Positions 10,301 to 21,222 of a DNA stretch of 64,000 bases are shown piece after piece. The position numbers and the translations under genes are program-made. The DNA lies in assembly GCA_016215105.1 (NCBI GenBank), contig JACRLJ010000056.1, positions 2,698 to 66,697 of the forward strand, written 5' to 3'. A model generated the notes under the pieces. The model saw only the letters and a list, made by a program, of their open reading frames with translations, had not been told where the DNA came from and did not search any database. Source of the stretch: Candidatus Hydrogenedentota bacterium (GTDB lineage Bacteria > Hydrogenedentota > Hydrogenedentia > Hydrogenedentales > SLHB01). Numbering within the stretch: the first letter of the stretch is position 1; every line of letters starts with the position of its first letter.

Positions 10301-11910
10301 CGATGATTCAATTGCGGACCTGTCGCTGAATCCTCTGGGCGGACTCGGGACGGGCGACGGCAGCTTTATCGGGCCGGTCTACATGCTGGATCGAACGCCT
10401 CCGGATGTGTCGTTGAGTTCGCTCGCTTCCGAGACTACGCGGGTTTCACCCATTCCTGTGACGGTGGCGTTCACGGAACCCGTGACCGATTTCACCGGCG
10501 CGAATGTTAGCGTGACAAACGCGACCGTCAGCAATTTCAGCGGCTCGGGCGCCAACTACACGTTTGACCTGGTTCCCTCCGGTCAAGGAACCGTAAGCGC
10601 GGACATTCCGGCGGGCGTGTCACACGATTTGGCCGGCAATGGAAATACGGCGGCAGCGACGCTTTCGCGCACATACGACAGTGTCGCGCCGACGGTTTCG
10701 GTCGTATCCGCCACGCTGGACCCGACGAATCTCTCGCCCGTACCCGTAATTGTGACGTTTAGCGAACCCGTGACCGGGTTCACTCTGACCGATCTTATCG
10801 TCTCCAACGCGACCGCGAGCAATTTTTCCGGGTCGAACGCGAATTACGTCTTTGATCTGGTTCCAACGACCGCGGGGCCTGTCAGTGTGAGTATCAGCGC
10901 GGGCGCCGCAAACGACGCGGCGGGCAATCTGAGTGTCGCCGCGGCGCTGTTCACGCGAACGTATGACCCGTCTCCGGTAACAGGATCACTGGCAGGAGTG
11001 GTTCAGGATTTTGTCACCGGCGCGCGGCTGGGATGCGCGGCCATCCGCGTTTATTCCGCAGGGGCCAGCGAAGAACGAATCGTTACCGTGGACCTGAACG
11101 GGGCGTATCAGGTGTCGAACCTTCCCGTGGGCGACTACACCGTCGAGTCGTTCGCGCCAGGATATGTGGATGCGGTTGCGACGGCCGCAATCTTGCAGGG
11201 CGCGCAACGCACCGTGAATTTCGGGCTGCACACGGGCACGGATTCAGGTGGTGTACGCGGCGTCGTGACGGATGCCGCCACGCATCTGCCGTTGCTCGGT
11301 GTCCGCGTGGACGCCGTGATTGGCGGAACCGTCGTGGCAACAACGTACAGTTGCGCGGACGGCAACTACGAATTGACGAACCTGGTTGCGAAGTCGGACA
11401 CGACAGTGACCGTCGAGTGCTCCGATCCCAACTATCAGACCACGTCGCAGGACACGCAAGTCTCCTCGGGTACGACATCCACAGTCCGTCATCACGAACA
11501 CCGCAAACGGAAATCCGCTCGAAGGCGCGCGCGTAGCGTTGAGCGGAGGAGCGAGTCCGTCGGTGACGTCGGATCACTCCGGAGTCTACGAGTTCCCGGC
11601 TCTCCCCGAGGGGACGTACACGGTGGATGCCAGCGCGACAGGGTATGAGGGCCAAATCCAGGTAGCCGCAGTGGCGGCCTTTGGGGTAACCGTCGCGGAT
11701 TTTGAATTGACGCCCGGAGTTGTTGCGCCTACGCTGGAAGACATCGACGGGAGCGGCGACGTCAATGCGGTGGACGTCCAATTGGTAATCAATAAGGCGC
11801 TGGGGTACTCGATTTCCGGGGACGCGGACGTAAATCGGAGTGGCGGAGTAGACGCAGTTGATATACAACTTGTAATCAATGCGGCGCTCGCGAAGAAGTC
11901 AACTCGCTGA
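7389..11910 (+). CDS. giant secreted surface protein: parallel beta-helix repeats + Ig-like domains + 3 carboxypeptidase-regulatory-like domains + C-terminal dockerin-like pair; apparent frameshift near 11485
   Basis: Signal peptide after MCMHAPS. >30 NxIxGN/NIISGN right-handed beta-helix repeats. Ig-like segments with DxAGN. The reading frame breaks around 11480-11495 and continues in frame +1 (ORF 11539-11910). The ORF ends with DVNAVDVQLVINKALG / VDAVDIQLVINAALA dockerin-type repeats. Confidence 0.65.
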
Positions 11911-11951
11911 CGGGACTGACGCGGCCATGCCGCCTCACGGAGAAACTCACC

Positions 11952-12980
11952 ATGAAGGACGGAAAGATATCGCGCCGCGATTTCCTGCGTGCTGGCGCTC
12001 TTGGAGCGACTCTCGTAGCCGCGGGAGGCTGCTTCAGCCTGCAGGGCAACGCGCATCCCTATCACCCCCTGCCCTACGCCGCGCGCCTTCAGGTCAAGCA
12101 TCCGTCCCAATTCCGGATTCTTCAGTTGACCGACATCCACTTCGAGCCCGACACGGACCCGGTCAAGCACTTGGAGAATAAACGCAGCGAAACCATGATC
12201 GCCGCCCTCATAACTCAAGCCAAGCCCGACCTCGTCATGGTGACCGGAGACTCCTGGGTGGGAAATCAGAAACTCGGAGGAGAAGATCGCATGCGCGAGG
12301 CCGTTGCCAGGTTTGTCGCATTGGGCACGCCATGGGCCTATGCTTGGGGAAATCACGATCGATTGATTGACAATGCCCAGGGACACAAGGAGCTCACGGA
12401 AGCGAAGAATTCCCTATATCGGGGAGCGGAAACTGGCGGCAATTATGTCATCGATATCGTCAATACCCGCGAGGATCGCGTTTGCCAGTTAGTTTGTCTG
12501 AACTCCGAGTGCGACGGACTCGGCGCCTCCCAACAGGCATGGATGAAGACTCTCGCCGATGATACCGCCAAGGCCGGCCGTCCCCAGCCTCTGCGCGTTG
12601 CATTCTTCCACATTCCCATCAAACAATACGCCGAGATATGGGACAAGCATGCGGCTTCCGGGCTCAAGGGCGAGAATTGCTGCATCGAAAAGGAAGACGG
12701 TAGTTCTCTGGCATACTTGAAGATGTTGGGCGTGCGAGCCTGTTTCTGCGGCCACGACCATGTAAACAACTATTCGGGCATCAGCGACGGCGTGGAACTG
12801 GTCTATGGACGCGCCAGCGGCGTCGGAGGCTATGGCGGAGACCGCGTACCGAAAGGCGGCACGCTCATCACCATCAATTGCAGGACCGGCCGATACGACT
12901 GGGCCGCGCTCCTACCCAATCAACCCGTGTGGCGCCCAAAACCTGGTGAACAAATAACCATCCCGGAACCCAAGAAGTGA
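11952..12980 (+). CDS. Tat-secreted calcineurin-like metallophosphoesterase
   Basis: Twin-arginine motif SRRDFLRAGALG. Metallophosphoesterase motifs LTDIHFE, VTGDSW, GNHD, CGHDH. Confidence 0.75.
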   Translation: MKDGKISRRDFLRAGALGATLVAAGGCFSLQGNAHPYHPLPYAARLQVKHPSQFRILQLTDIHFEPDTDPVKHLENKRSETMIAALITQAKPDLVMVTGDSWVGNQKLGGEDRMREAVARFVALGTPWAYAWGNHDRLIDNAQGHKELTEAKNSLYRGAETGGNYVIDIVNTREDRVCQLVCLNSECDGLGASQQAWMKTLADDTAKAGRPQPLRVAFFHIPIKQYAEIWDKHAASGLKGENCCIEKEDGSSLAYLKMLGVRACFCGHDHVNNYSGISDGVELVYGRASGVGGYGGDRVPKGGTLITINCRTGRYDWAALLPNQPVWRPKPGEQITIPEPKK

Positions 12981-13042
12981 GGCCGGTACTTTCTGGATTC
13001 GCATCACGCTTCCGGAGCGGGCCGCGGCGCTCCTTGTCCTTC

Positions 13043-15337
13043 CTAGTGTAGTGGGACAAATTCGAAGCAGCGGACGCCTTCAGCAGGAATCTGCACAATG
13101 TGCGGCGCCACCCAGTCCTTGATTCTTCCGAGCTCACTCTTGTTGGCGTCGTCCCACTCGTAGACCTGGCCGTCTTGGGGTAGATCAACGGCAAGTTGTC
13201 GCGTATCTAGTGTCAGTTCCATCGGAGTTGTCGAGATGCTCGCGATAATAATTGATACGCACCCATCGGCGGCGCGCCATGCCGAGGCCAGCGCCATGGG
13301 GACGTTCTTGGAGTATTCCTTGAGATGGTCCTGCTGACCGGCATAAATGGAAAGGCGTGAGATTGGGATTTCGCTCGTGGGTGCGCCGATAATCTGCGGA
13401 CGCAGGAATACGCCGCTCAGCAGGTATTTCTTCCACAGCAGCCGCAGCCGCGCGAGTTTGAGAACGTATGCAATTTCCTGCGGACGCTCTGTGAGTTGTT
13501 CGGGCCGGAAATTGGCCAACGCGGGCTGTTGTCCCCAGATAAACGCGCGGGCCTGTTCAAGACGAAATTGAGTCGAAAACCGCTGATCGAGCAAAGCAAG
13601 GGGTTGGGATGGCGCATACTCGGCCGGCCACAGTTCGTCGTATGGAGGCATCGTCAGCGACGAGTAATTGCCGAACTGCACTGCGGCGTCATGATAGACG
13701 GCTTGGAAGAGCGGAAGGGGTTCCCAATCTCCGGGCGCCGCGTAGCGTTCCATGCTTACTTGCAGGCTCAGCATGAGATCCAGGCTCGGCAACCAGGCTT
13801 CACCACAGCCTTCGCCCGCGAGAACGGGGACATCGCTGGCGCACCGCGCGCGTATATCCGCCTCGAGCGAACGGAATCCCTCGATCCAATAGCTGCCGCC
13901 ACCCAAGGCGTGACCATGGGTGGTGTCGTAGCACGGAAGACTCGCGCAGGCTTGATCCATATATACACCGTCCACACCAAAGTCATGCACGGCGCGAGTG
14001 GCCAGGCCCGCGTACTTATCGCGCCAGAACTGCGTTCCGATGCACATGGGCGCGCACGGCGCCTTCGTGAACACGTTGTAGACTTCGGCGAGCGGTCTGC
14101 CGTCCTCGCTTTTTACGGCAAAGCGTTCGGCGCCTTCGTCTTTCCAACTCTTCATGGTCATTCCCCATAACCGCTGGTTCATGTAAACAATGTTGTGTAT
14201 GCCCTGCTGCCGGGCTGAAGCGACGGCCGTACGAAACTGCGTCTCGCCTTCGCGCGGCGGAAAGTACTCGGGGAATCCGGTGTCGTACGCGCAACCGTGC
14301 CACCAGTGCCAGAACACGCTGACCGGCTTGCCCAACGCGCGCTGAAGTTCGATCGCGGGAAGGAGTACACCAACTGAAGGCCCGCGGTTCCATTCCCACA
14401 ACGCGGTGCTCAGAACCCAGTCCGGGACGAGGCCGCGCTTGAGCCGGCTCTCCTTGACCCAGGACTGCCGGTCAGCCCACGTACGGTACATCGCAGTGGC
14501 GGTGTACCAATCCCCTCGAAATCCTCCGATCACGACGTCATACGACATCGCGTAGGAATGGAGTTCAGGGCAAAGTTCGGGTTGGTGGACGACCTCCAAT
14601 CCGATGCTGCCATCATCACCCCCGAATACCGCAAAGCGTTTGCTCAAGGCGGCGGTGTCATTCGTTGCAACGTAGATACCGGCGCCGCCGTCCGAATAGA
14701 GCGTTATCCACTGCATCGAGAGTATCCCCGGATACTGCCATTCCACGCGCCGCGGCGTACCTTTGGAATCATGGACCAGTTCGCGCGGCCGAGAGGAACG
14801 TTCACCAATCCAAACCGGTACGGCCAGAACTTCGTGGTCCTGTCTGGTGATGGGGCTGATGCACGGGAAATGGAGGGACTTGATTGACCGGCCGGACAAG
14901 CCTTCAGCGCGTACACGCCACATGCTGAGAGGACTGCCGGGTTCGAGCGTGACGGTCGCGGTTACGCAAAGGCCGGGCAGGCTTGGAAGATCAAACTGCG
15001 ACCACTCCAGTACGAGTGAGGTGTTGCCCGGCCCGGACGGCTGAAATGTGAACGACTTGGCTAATGCCGGAAGAATTGACTGGCCCTTCGGATCAGCGAG
15101 TACGATGTGCCACAGGGCCGCGGCGCTGGGACCTGCGACGAAGTCGTGGCCCAGTTGCTTGTCTACCAGATGCGTGAGACTGCCGTGGTCCGAATCGAAT
15201 GTCAGGAGTACGCGATCGTTCTCGATGGTTTGCCCGGATACACTAACTGCAGCGGCAAGACATAGATTGGCGATCAGCGCCGCAGCGCGGAGCAGGAACG
15301 CACGATGAACAAGCTGCTGCTGCGGTCGAAAGCGCAT
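13043..15337 (-). CDS. secreted hypothetical protein, possible glycoside-hydrolase-like TIM-barrel enzyme
   Basis: Signal peptide after MRFRPQQQ. Large, Trp-rich (FWHWWHGCAYDTGFPEYF). No confident family assignment. Confidence 0.55.
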   Translation of the reverse strand: MRFRPQQQLVHRAFLLRAAALIANLCLAAAVSVSGQTIENDRVLLTFDSDHGSLTHLVDKQLGHDFVAGPSAAALWHIVLADPKGQSILPALAKSFTFQPSGPGNTSLVLEWSQFDLPSLPGLCVTATVTLEPGSPLSMWRVRAEGLSGRSIKSLHFPCISPITRQDHEVLAVPVWIGERSSRPRELVHDSKGTPRRVEWQYPGILSMQWITLYSDGGAGIYVATNDTAALSKRFAVFGGDDGSIGLEVVHQPELCPELHSYAMSYDVVIGGFRGDWYTATAMYRTWADRQSWVKESRLKRGLVPDWVLSTALWEWNRGPSVGVLLPAIELQRALGKPVSVFWHWWHGCAYDTGFPEYFPPREGETQFRTAVASARQQGIHNIVYMNQRLWGMTMKSWKDEGAERFAVKSEDGRPLAEVYNVFTKAPCAPMCIGTQFWRDKYAGLATRAVHDFGVDGVYMDQACASLPCYDTTHGHALGGGSYWIEGFRSLEADIRARCASDVPVLAGEGCGEAWLPSLDLMLSLQVSMERYAAPGDWEPLPLFQAVYHDAAVQFGNYSSLTMPPYDELWPAEYAPSQPLALLDQRFSTQFRLEQARAFIWGQQPALANFRPEQLTERPQEIAYVLKLARLRLLWKKYLLSGVFLRPQIIGAPTSEIPISRLSIYAGQQDHLKEYSKNVPMALASAWRAADGCVSIIIASISTTPMELTLDTRQLAVDLPQDGQVYEWDDANKSELGRIKDWVAPHIVQIPAEGVRCFEFVPLH

Positions 15338-15621
15338 GAAGTCTTCGCCCTCATCAACGACGTTAGTTTGGGCCATTACATCTCTGGGTGGATAGGTACA
15401 CCGGACCCGCACGTCCCTGAAGCGACAACTGGGCGCACCGTCCGCGAACGACTGTAACAAGACGGGAATTGTGCGTCAACGATCTCGCTCACGCGCCCGC
15501 GGCAAATTCGCGCTTGCCGAGCCCAGGCGCCACGCCATGCGGACGAACTGCAGCCCAGCACAATAGTCGGCGCACGGCCTCCTGTTCCGGGCTATATCCG
15601 CGTGGCCCGGCGGGACTCCAG

Positions 15622-18600
15622 CTAGAAGAGGCCAAGGGCTTGGTTGATCGCGATCTGCACATCGACTGCGTTGACGTTATCCAGCGCGTCATCGTCAACA
15701 TTGGCGTTGATGGGACTGATGTCGATACCCAACGCCCCGTTGATCACCAATTGTACGTCGACCGCGTTGACGCTATTGTCGCCGTTGACATCGCCTCCGG
15801 GCGAAAAGAGCGCAAAGGTCGACAGATGGTACGCATTGAAGCTGACATCGTGATTGACGGGATTGTAGTACACGCTGGAGATGCCGTCCTCGTGCCAGCG
15901 TTGGTCGTTGGGGTTGTAGTAAGCCACCTTGACGAGCGGAGTACTGGTTGGCGCAACGTAGTGGAACCCGATAATGATGGGCGTGTTGAGAATTATGCCC
16001 GAGGGTTCAACGGTTGCGACGGTGATGATCCTCCAACCGGGAGGCGCTGCGGGGGGATTGGTCTCATAGTCGATGCTGATGGTCGTGTCCTGGGTTAGCG
16101 AACCCGCGTGGACAATAACGAACCCGTTACGCAAGGGCCCGGTGGTGACATCAATTGTGGCACCAGCGTTGGCGGCGACGAATTGGGAGGCGCCTCCGGC
16201 GGGAAGCACCACTTCGACGGTGCGGGAGATCGTGATGGAACTGTTGCCGGCATCGTCTTCGGCGTGGTACTCAACAGTGTAGGTTCCCTCAACGGCGGTA
16301 TTCACGGTCTCTCCGGCGACGATGATCGCCGGGGTACCACCGAGGTTGTCGGTAGCGGAGGCGCCCTGTTCGACGTACGCGGCGCCGACTCCAAGGAGCA
16401 TGTAGGACGGTCCGGCCAAGGCGATGGCGGGCGGCGTCAGGTCAATGACGAGTTCGTTGGTGGTGGCATCGTGCCCGACGTTTCCGGAAATGTCCGTCGC
16501 GGTGAGTATGACGTCGTAGGTCCCTTCTGCAAGCCCGGTGATGTTTCCACTGAATAGGATCCATGCGCCGTCAAAGTCCACGAGTGGCTGCGCATTTTGG
16601 CCAGCGATGGAAATGGTGACGGTGGCGCTGTTGTCGCTAACGTGGCCGGTCAATAGCGGGGAATCATTGCCAGTAATCAGGGCATTGATGGAGACGGTGG
16701 GAGGAGTGTTATCGATCGTGTACTGGGAGTCGCTGGCAGTTGATGCATCGTTACCGCTCTTGCCACACAGCGGAAGCGCAGGCGCGGCTACGCCGACGAT
16801 GGAATCATCGTCGATCAGGGCGAGACTGAGGTGGCCGTCGCCGGTACCGGTGTTCAGTGAGACCGTGTAGGTGTCGCCGCTGCCGGAGACATTGGCCACA
16901 GAGGCGCCGGTAAGGGCCTTCGCGGTGGCGTTTGGCGCAAAATCGGAAGCGTCCACGCCGGTTACGGGAAGTGTGAACACCACCTGGAAATCGACGGTAT
17001 GGGCGTTGGTGGACAAGGGGTCTAGGGCGGTGATGGAGGATATCTCGGGCGCTCCATCCTGCGCTAACCAGACTTCCTGGCCGTGTACACCGTCGTCGGC
17101 AGTGAAGAAAATAGCGCTGCCGAAGGCGGTGAGATTCTCGGGTATGGAGGTATCGTCTCCAGATTTCACGTCTTCAACGAGGCGCGTGCCGGCGGCGGTA
17201 CCGTCGGAGACCCAGAGCTCGCGGCTGGTCTCGCTGGTGATCGCGGTGAAGTAGAGTTTGCCGTTGAGGGCGTGGAGGTCCTGTGGTGTACTGTTGCTGA
17301 TACCCGGAACAATATCTGCCACCCGGACCGTGCCACCGTCCGTGCCGTCACTGACCCACAATTCCTGGTCGGGGGCGGCGTCGGCCGCAGCGAAATAGAG
17401 CAAGCCATTGAACTCGGTCAAGTACTGGGGATCACTGCCGGTGGCGCTCGGGAAAATGTCCTTGACAAGAGACGTGCCGCCGGGCGTCCCATCTGTTCGC
17501 CACAACTCACGTCCGTGAACGCCGTCGTCCGCGCTGAAGTAGACGACTCCGTTTACGACCGTGAACTCTCGTGGTGAACTGCCGAGGGCGCCGCTACGGA
17601 TATCTTTGACTTCGGACGTGCCGGGTTCCGAGCCGTCGGTTTTCCACAGTTCTTCGCCATCGGTTCCGTTGTCGGCGCCAAAAACGGCGATGGAGGCAAG
17701 AGGGGTTATCTCTCTGGGCGAGGAACTGCCTGCGTCGGGCTGGATGTCCCTGACGATCGCAGTTCCACCCGGCGAGCCGTCGGTTTTCCAGAGTTCCGCG
17801 CCTCTTACGCCATCTTCCGCGGAGAAAAGAACGACGGAGCCAAGAACCGCCTGCCAGTTCGCGTTCGAGTCACCGGTGGGATTAATGTCGAGCACGATAT
17901 CTGTGCCCGCTCCCGTTCCGTCGGTCTTCCACCATTCGAGACCGTGGGCCCCGTCGTCGGCGACAAAGAGAAGCAGGCTGCCAAGCACAGTAGGATTGAA
18001 GGGGTTGCCACCGTTGGAGCCGGGACGAATTTCCGCAACGGCGGCCGTGCCGCCTGGGGTCCCGTCGGTTTTCCAGAGTTCGCTTCCGGTACCCGGCCCG
18101 GCGGCGGTAAAATACACCTCGCCCTGGAAGAGGGTGAAATTGGAGGGTGCGGAACTACCGGACCCGGAATTGATGTCAACGAGCATGGACGTCCCGCCAG
18201 TCGTTCCATCGGTGATCCAGAGTTCGCTTCCGTTGGAGCCGTCATCCGCGCGAAAGAGCATGGAGTCGTTGTACACGAACAGGCTGCCAGGCGCCGATCC
18301 GCTGGCGGTAGCGTTGATGTCCTTGACAAGAGTTGTGCCGCCGGATGTGCCGTCCGTTACGTAGAGTTCCCTGCCGATGCCGGGGCCTCCCGCGGCGAAA
18401 AAGACTTTGCCATTGGCGGCAAACAAATCCGTCGGATCGCCCGATTCGATACCGGGAAAAATATCCTCGAGGAGTTTGGTGCCGGCTTCCGTCCCGTCAC
18501 TAACCCACAATTCGTTTCCTTCGGCGTCTGTGTAGGTATTGAACACGCACAACGCGCCAACCGACTCGAATTCGTAGGGGGATGAACTGGCCGCCGCCGG

Positions 18601-19719
18601 GCCGACATTTCTTAACAGAGTGGTCCCGCCTTCAGTCCCGTCGGACACCCATGGCTCGTTGCCGTTTACCCCGTCGCTCGCCGCGAAGAAGAGTCGGCCA
18701 TTGGCGACAGCGAAATCCTGTGGCGATGAGCTTCCGGAGCCACTGTTGATGTCCTTGACCAGCATCGTGCCACCGGGGGATCCGTCCGACCGCCACAATT
18801 CGCGGCCACTGCCGGATTTGTTCGCGCTGAAGTAAAGAACCCCGTCCATCACCGTAAGTTGTGAGGGTGAGGAGTCGCCGGAACCACCTTCGATATTGGC
18901 GACGAGCGTGGTGCCCCCTTCGGACCCGTCGGTCTTCCAAAGTTCGGTACCGTCGGTGGCGGAGCCCTTCGCGGCGAAGTACAGCGTACTGCCAACTACA
19001 GTTAGGTTTTGAGGCGTTGACGACGTTACAAGGGGGAAGATGTCTTTGACGATGTAGGTGCCGCCGGGAGTTCCGTCGCTGCGCCACAGTTCGCGACCGT
19101 GGTCGGGATCCCGTGCTTCAAAGTAACAGATGCCGTTCATGGCGGCGAACGATTGGGCGTTACTGTTCGCCGCGTCGGGGTTAATGTCCTTGAGCAGGAA
19201 CGTTCCGACTTCGGTGCCGTCACTGACCCACGGCTCGACGCCGTGGACGCCGTCGTTTGCGCGAAAGAATACTTTCGATCCGATGGCGATCATGCCTCCA
19301 ATGGCGGAGGACCCCGTGGGGTTGATGTCCTTGACGATGTGGGTTCCCGCTTCGGAACCGTCAGTTACGAAGAGTTCCCCGCCTTCCCCGCCCTCCCCAG
19401 TGGCGCTAAAGAAGACGGCGGCGCCCGCCGCGGTGACTTCGGTAGGCGATCCCGCCGCAAGTCCAGTCCTGAGGTCCTTCACCAAGGTAGTGCCACCAGT
19501 TGTTCCGTCTGATTTCCACAGTTCATTCTGGTGGACGTCGTCGGTGGCCGCGAAATAGACTGAGCCGCCCATCGAGGCCCAATGCCGCGGATCGGAACTG
19601 CTGTTGACTACGCCGATATCCATCAGGAGATTGGTGTGATAGCCGGCATGAGCGTGGAACGGCAAGGCGAATTCAAGAAAAACGAGTAGAAGAAGCGGGC
19701 AATAGAATGGTCGTGTCAT
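15622..19719 (-). CDS. giant secreted ELWxxDGT-repeat protein with Ig-like domains and C-terminal dockerin-like pair
   Basis: ~18 tandem ~50-aa repeats containing ELWKTDGT/ELWRSDGS...GGT.LVKDI motifs. Signal peptide MTRPFYCPLLLLVFL. C-terminus NAVDVQLVINGALG...NAVDVQIAINQALG. Confidence 0.8.
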   Translation of the reverse strand: MTRPFYCPLLLLVFLEFALPFHAHAGYHTNLLMDIGVVNSSSDPRHWASMGGSVYFAATDDVHQNELWKSDGTTGGTTLVKDLRTGLAAGSPTEVTAAGAAVFFSATGEGGEGGELFVTDGSEAGTHIVKDINPTGSSAIGGMIAIGSKVFFRANDGVHGVEPWVSDGTEVGTFLLKDINPDAANSNAQSFAAMNGICYFEARDPDHGRELWRSDGTPGGTYIVKDIFPLVTSSTPQNLTVVGSTLYFAAKGSATDGTELWKTDGSEGGTTLVANIEGGSGDSSPSQLTVMDGVLYFSANKSGSGRELWRSDGSPGGTMLVKDINSGSGSSSPQDFAVANGRLFFAASDGVNGNEPWVSDGTEGGTTLLRNVGPAAASSSPYEFESVGALCVFNTYTDAEGNELWVSDGTEAGTKLLEDIFPGIESGDPTDLFAANGKVFFAAGGPGIGRELYVTDGTSGGTTLVKDINATASGSAPGSLFVYNDSMLFRADDGSNGSELWITDGTTGGTSMLVDINSGSGSSAPSNFTLFQGEVYFTAAGPGTGSELWKTDGTPGGTAAVAEIRPGSNGGNPFNPTVLGSLLLFVADDGAHGLEWWKTDGTGAGTDIVLDINPTGDSNANWQAVLGSVVLFSAEDGVRGAELWKTDGSPGGTAIVRDIQPDAGSSSPREITPLASIAVFGADNGTDGEELWKTDGSEPGTSEVKDIRSGALGSSPREFTVVNGVVYFSADDGVHGRELWRTDGTPGGTSLVKDIFPSATGSDPQYLTEFNGLLYFAAADAAPDQELWVSDGTDGGTVRVADIVPGISNSTPQDLHALNGKLYFTAITSETSRELWVSDGTAAGTRLVEDVKSGDDTSIPENLTAFGSAIFFTADDGVHGQEVWLAQDGAPEISSITALDPLSTNAHTVDFQVVFTLPVTGVDASDFAPNATAKALTGASVANVSGSGDTYTVSLNTGTGDGHLSLALIDDDSIVGVAAPALPLCGKSGNDASTASDSQYTIDNTPPTVSINALITGNDSPLLTGHVSDNSATVTISIAGQNAQPLVDFDGAWILFSGNITGLAEGTYDVILTATDISGNVGHDATTNELVIDLTPPAIALAGPSYMLLGVGAAYVEQGASATDNLGGTPAIIVAGETVNTAVEGTYTVEYHAEDDAGNSSITISRTVEVVLPAGGASQFVAANAGATIDVTTGPLRNGFVIVHAGSLTQDTTISIDYETNPPAAPPGWRIITVATVEPSGIILNTPIIIGFHYVAPTSTPLVKVAYYNPNDQRWHEDGISSVYYNPVNHDVSFNAYHLSTFALFSPGGDVNGDNSVNAVDVQLVINGALGIDISPINANVDDDALDNVNAVDVQIAINQALGLF

Positions 19720-19892
19720 CGAGCGAACACCTCCCAAGAATAAGCGGTACCGCCGCACCGCCTGTATCTGCCACAGATACCCTCGGGGCAATCATAGACA
19801 TGGATGGGCTAGGTGTCAATATGCGATGCGGAATCGGTCTCGCGGCGTCCTGCGCGCAACGAGATGCGAGCCGCGAAGGTAGACTCTGATAG

Positions 19893-21161
19893 CTAGAGTT
19901 TCACGACGCGGCACGTGGCCGGCGCCTTCTGGCCTTTGAGGGCGTTACGGGCATCGAAGATGAGCTTGGCTTGGGCGAGGATGGGCTTGAAGTCGAAGGC
20001 AGCGTGATCGGTAATAACAACGACGCAATCGAACTGGCCGACGCCCTTGGCTAGGTCGTAGTTTGATAGGGTCTGATTGAGCACGTGCAGCGAAGGGACG
20101 TACGGATCGGCGTAGTCGATGATGGCGCCCCGTTTATGTAGGAGACCGATGATATCCAGCGCGGGGGACTCGCGGACGTCGCTGACGTCACGTTTGTAGG
20201 CGACGCCCATGATGAGAATCTTGCTGCCTTTGACGCTCTTGCGGTCGTCGTTTAGCGCGTCGTTGATCTTGCTGACAACGTGTTCGGGCATTTTCGAGTT
20301 AATGTTGGTAGCCAACTCGATGAAGCGCGCCGTGTAATTGTAGGACTTGAGCTTCCATGAAAGGTAAAGCGGGTCGATAGGGATGCAGTGCCCGCCAAGA
20401 CCGGGTCCGGGAAAAAAGGGCATGAAGCCGAATGGTTTTGTCTTCGCGGCTTCGATCACTTCCCAAACGTCGATACTGAGGTGATCGCACATGATGGCCA
20501 GTTCGTTCGCGAGCCCGATATTGATGGCGCGGAACGTATTTTCCAGAAGCTTGACCATTTCGGCCGCGCTGGCGCTCGACACGGGCACCAGGGTATCCAC
20601 GGCGTGCTTGTACAGCGCCACGGCCTTTTCGGTGCAGAGCGGTGTGACGCCACCGATAACCTTCGGTGTATTGCGTGTGTTGAATTTCTGGTTGCCGGGG
20701 TCGACGCGTTCGGGCGAGAACGCCAAGAAGAAGTCCTCGCCAACCTTCAGACCCGTTTCAGCTAACCGTGGCAGCACCAACTCGTCAGTTGTGCCCGGGT
20801 AGGTGGTGCTTTCGAGCACCACGAGCATGCCCTTGTGCAGGTACTTCTGAATCTCCGTAACCGCGGACACGATGAACGATATGTCAGGGTCCATGGTCTT
20901 GGTGAGTGGCGTGGGCACGCAAATACAAACAGCGTCGGACTGAAGCAGTACCGAAAAGTCGGACGTTGCGGAGAGCTGTCCCTTGGCGACAAGCTCCTTG
21001 ACATGGGCGGATGGGACATCGAGAACGTACGACACGCCAGAGTTTATGTCATTCACCTTGCTCTCGGTGAGATCGATACCGACGACCTTGAGCCCTGCTT
21101 TGGCGAATTCGACGCTAAGCGGAAGGCCTACGTAGCCGAGTCCAATTACTGCAATCTGCAT
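19893..21161 (-). CDS. UDP-N-acetyl-D-hexosamine (nucleotide-sugar) dehydrogenase family protein
   Basis: MQIAVIGLGYVGLPLS Rossmann N-terminus. UDP-glucose/GDP-mannose dehydrogenase family architecture. 422 aa. Confidence 0.8.
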   Translation of the reverse strand: MQIAVIGLGYVGLPLSVEFAKAGLKVVGIDLTESKVNDINSGVSYVLDVPSAHVKELVAKGQLSATSDFSVLLQSDAVCICVPTPLTKTMDPDISFIVSAVTEIQKYLHKGMLVVLESTTYPGTTDELVLPRLAETGLKVGEDFFLAFSPERVDPGNQKFNTRNTPKVIGGVTPLCTEKAVALYKHAVDTLVPVSSASAAEMVKLLENTFRAINIGLANELAIMCDHLSIDVWEVIEAAKTKPFGFMPFFPGPGLGGHCIPIDPLYLSWKLKSYNYTARFIELATNINSKMPEHVVSKINDALNDDRKSVKGSKILIMGVAYKRDVSDVRESPALDIIGLLHKRGAIIDYADPYVPSLHVLNQTLSNYDLAKGVGQFDCVVVITDHAAFDFKPILAQAKLIFDARNALKGQKAPATCRVVKL

Positions 21162-21222
21162 GACATCCTCCTGAGGCGGCGGGGCGCCGTGCCGCGTCGC
21201 GCGTCCAGTGTGTAAACCGGCG

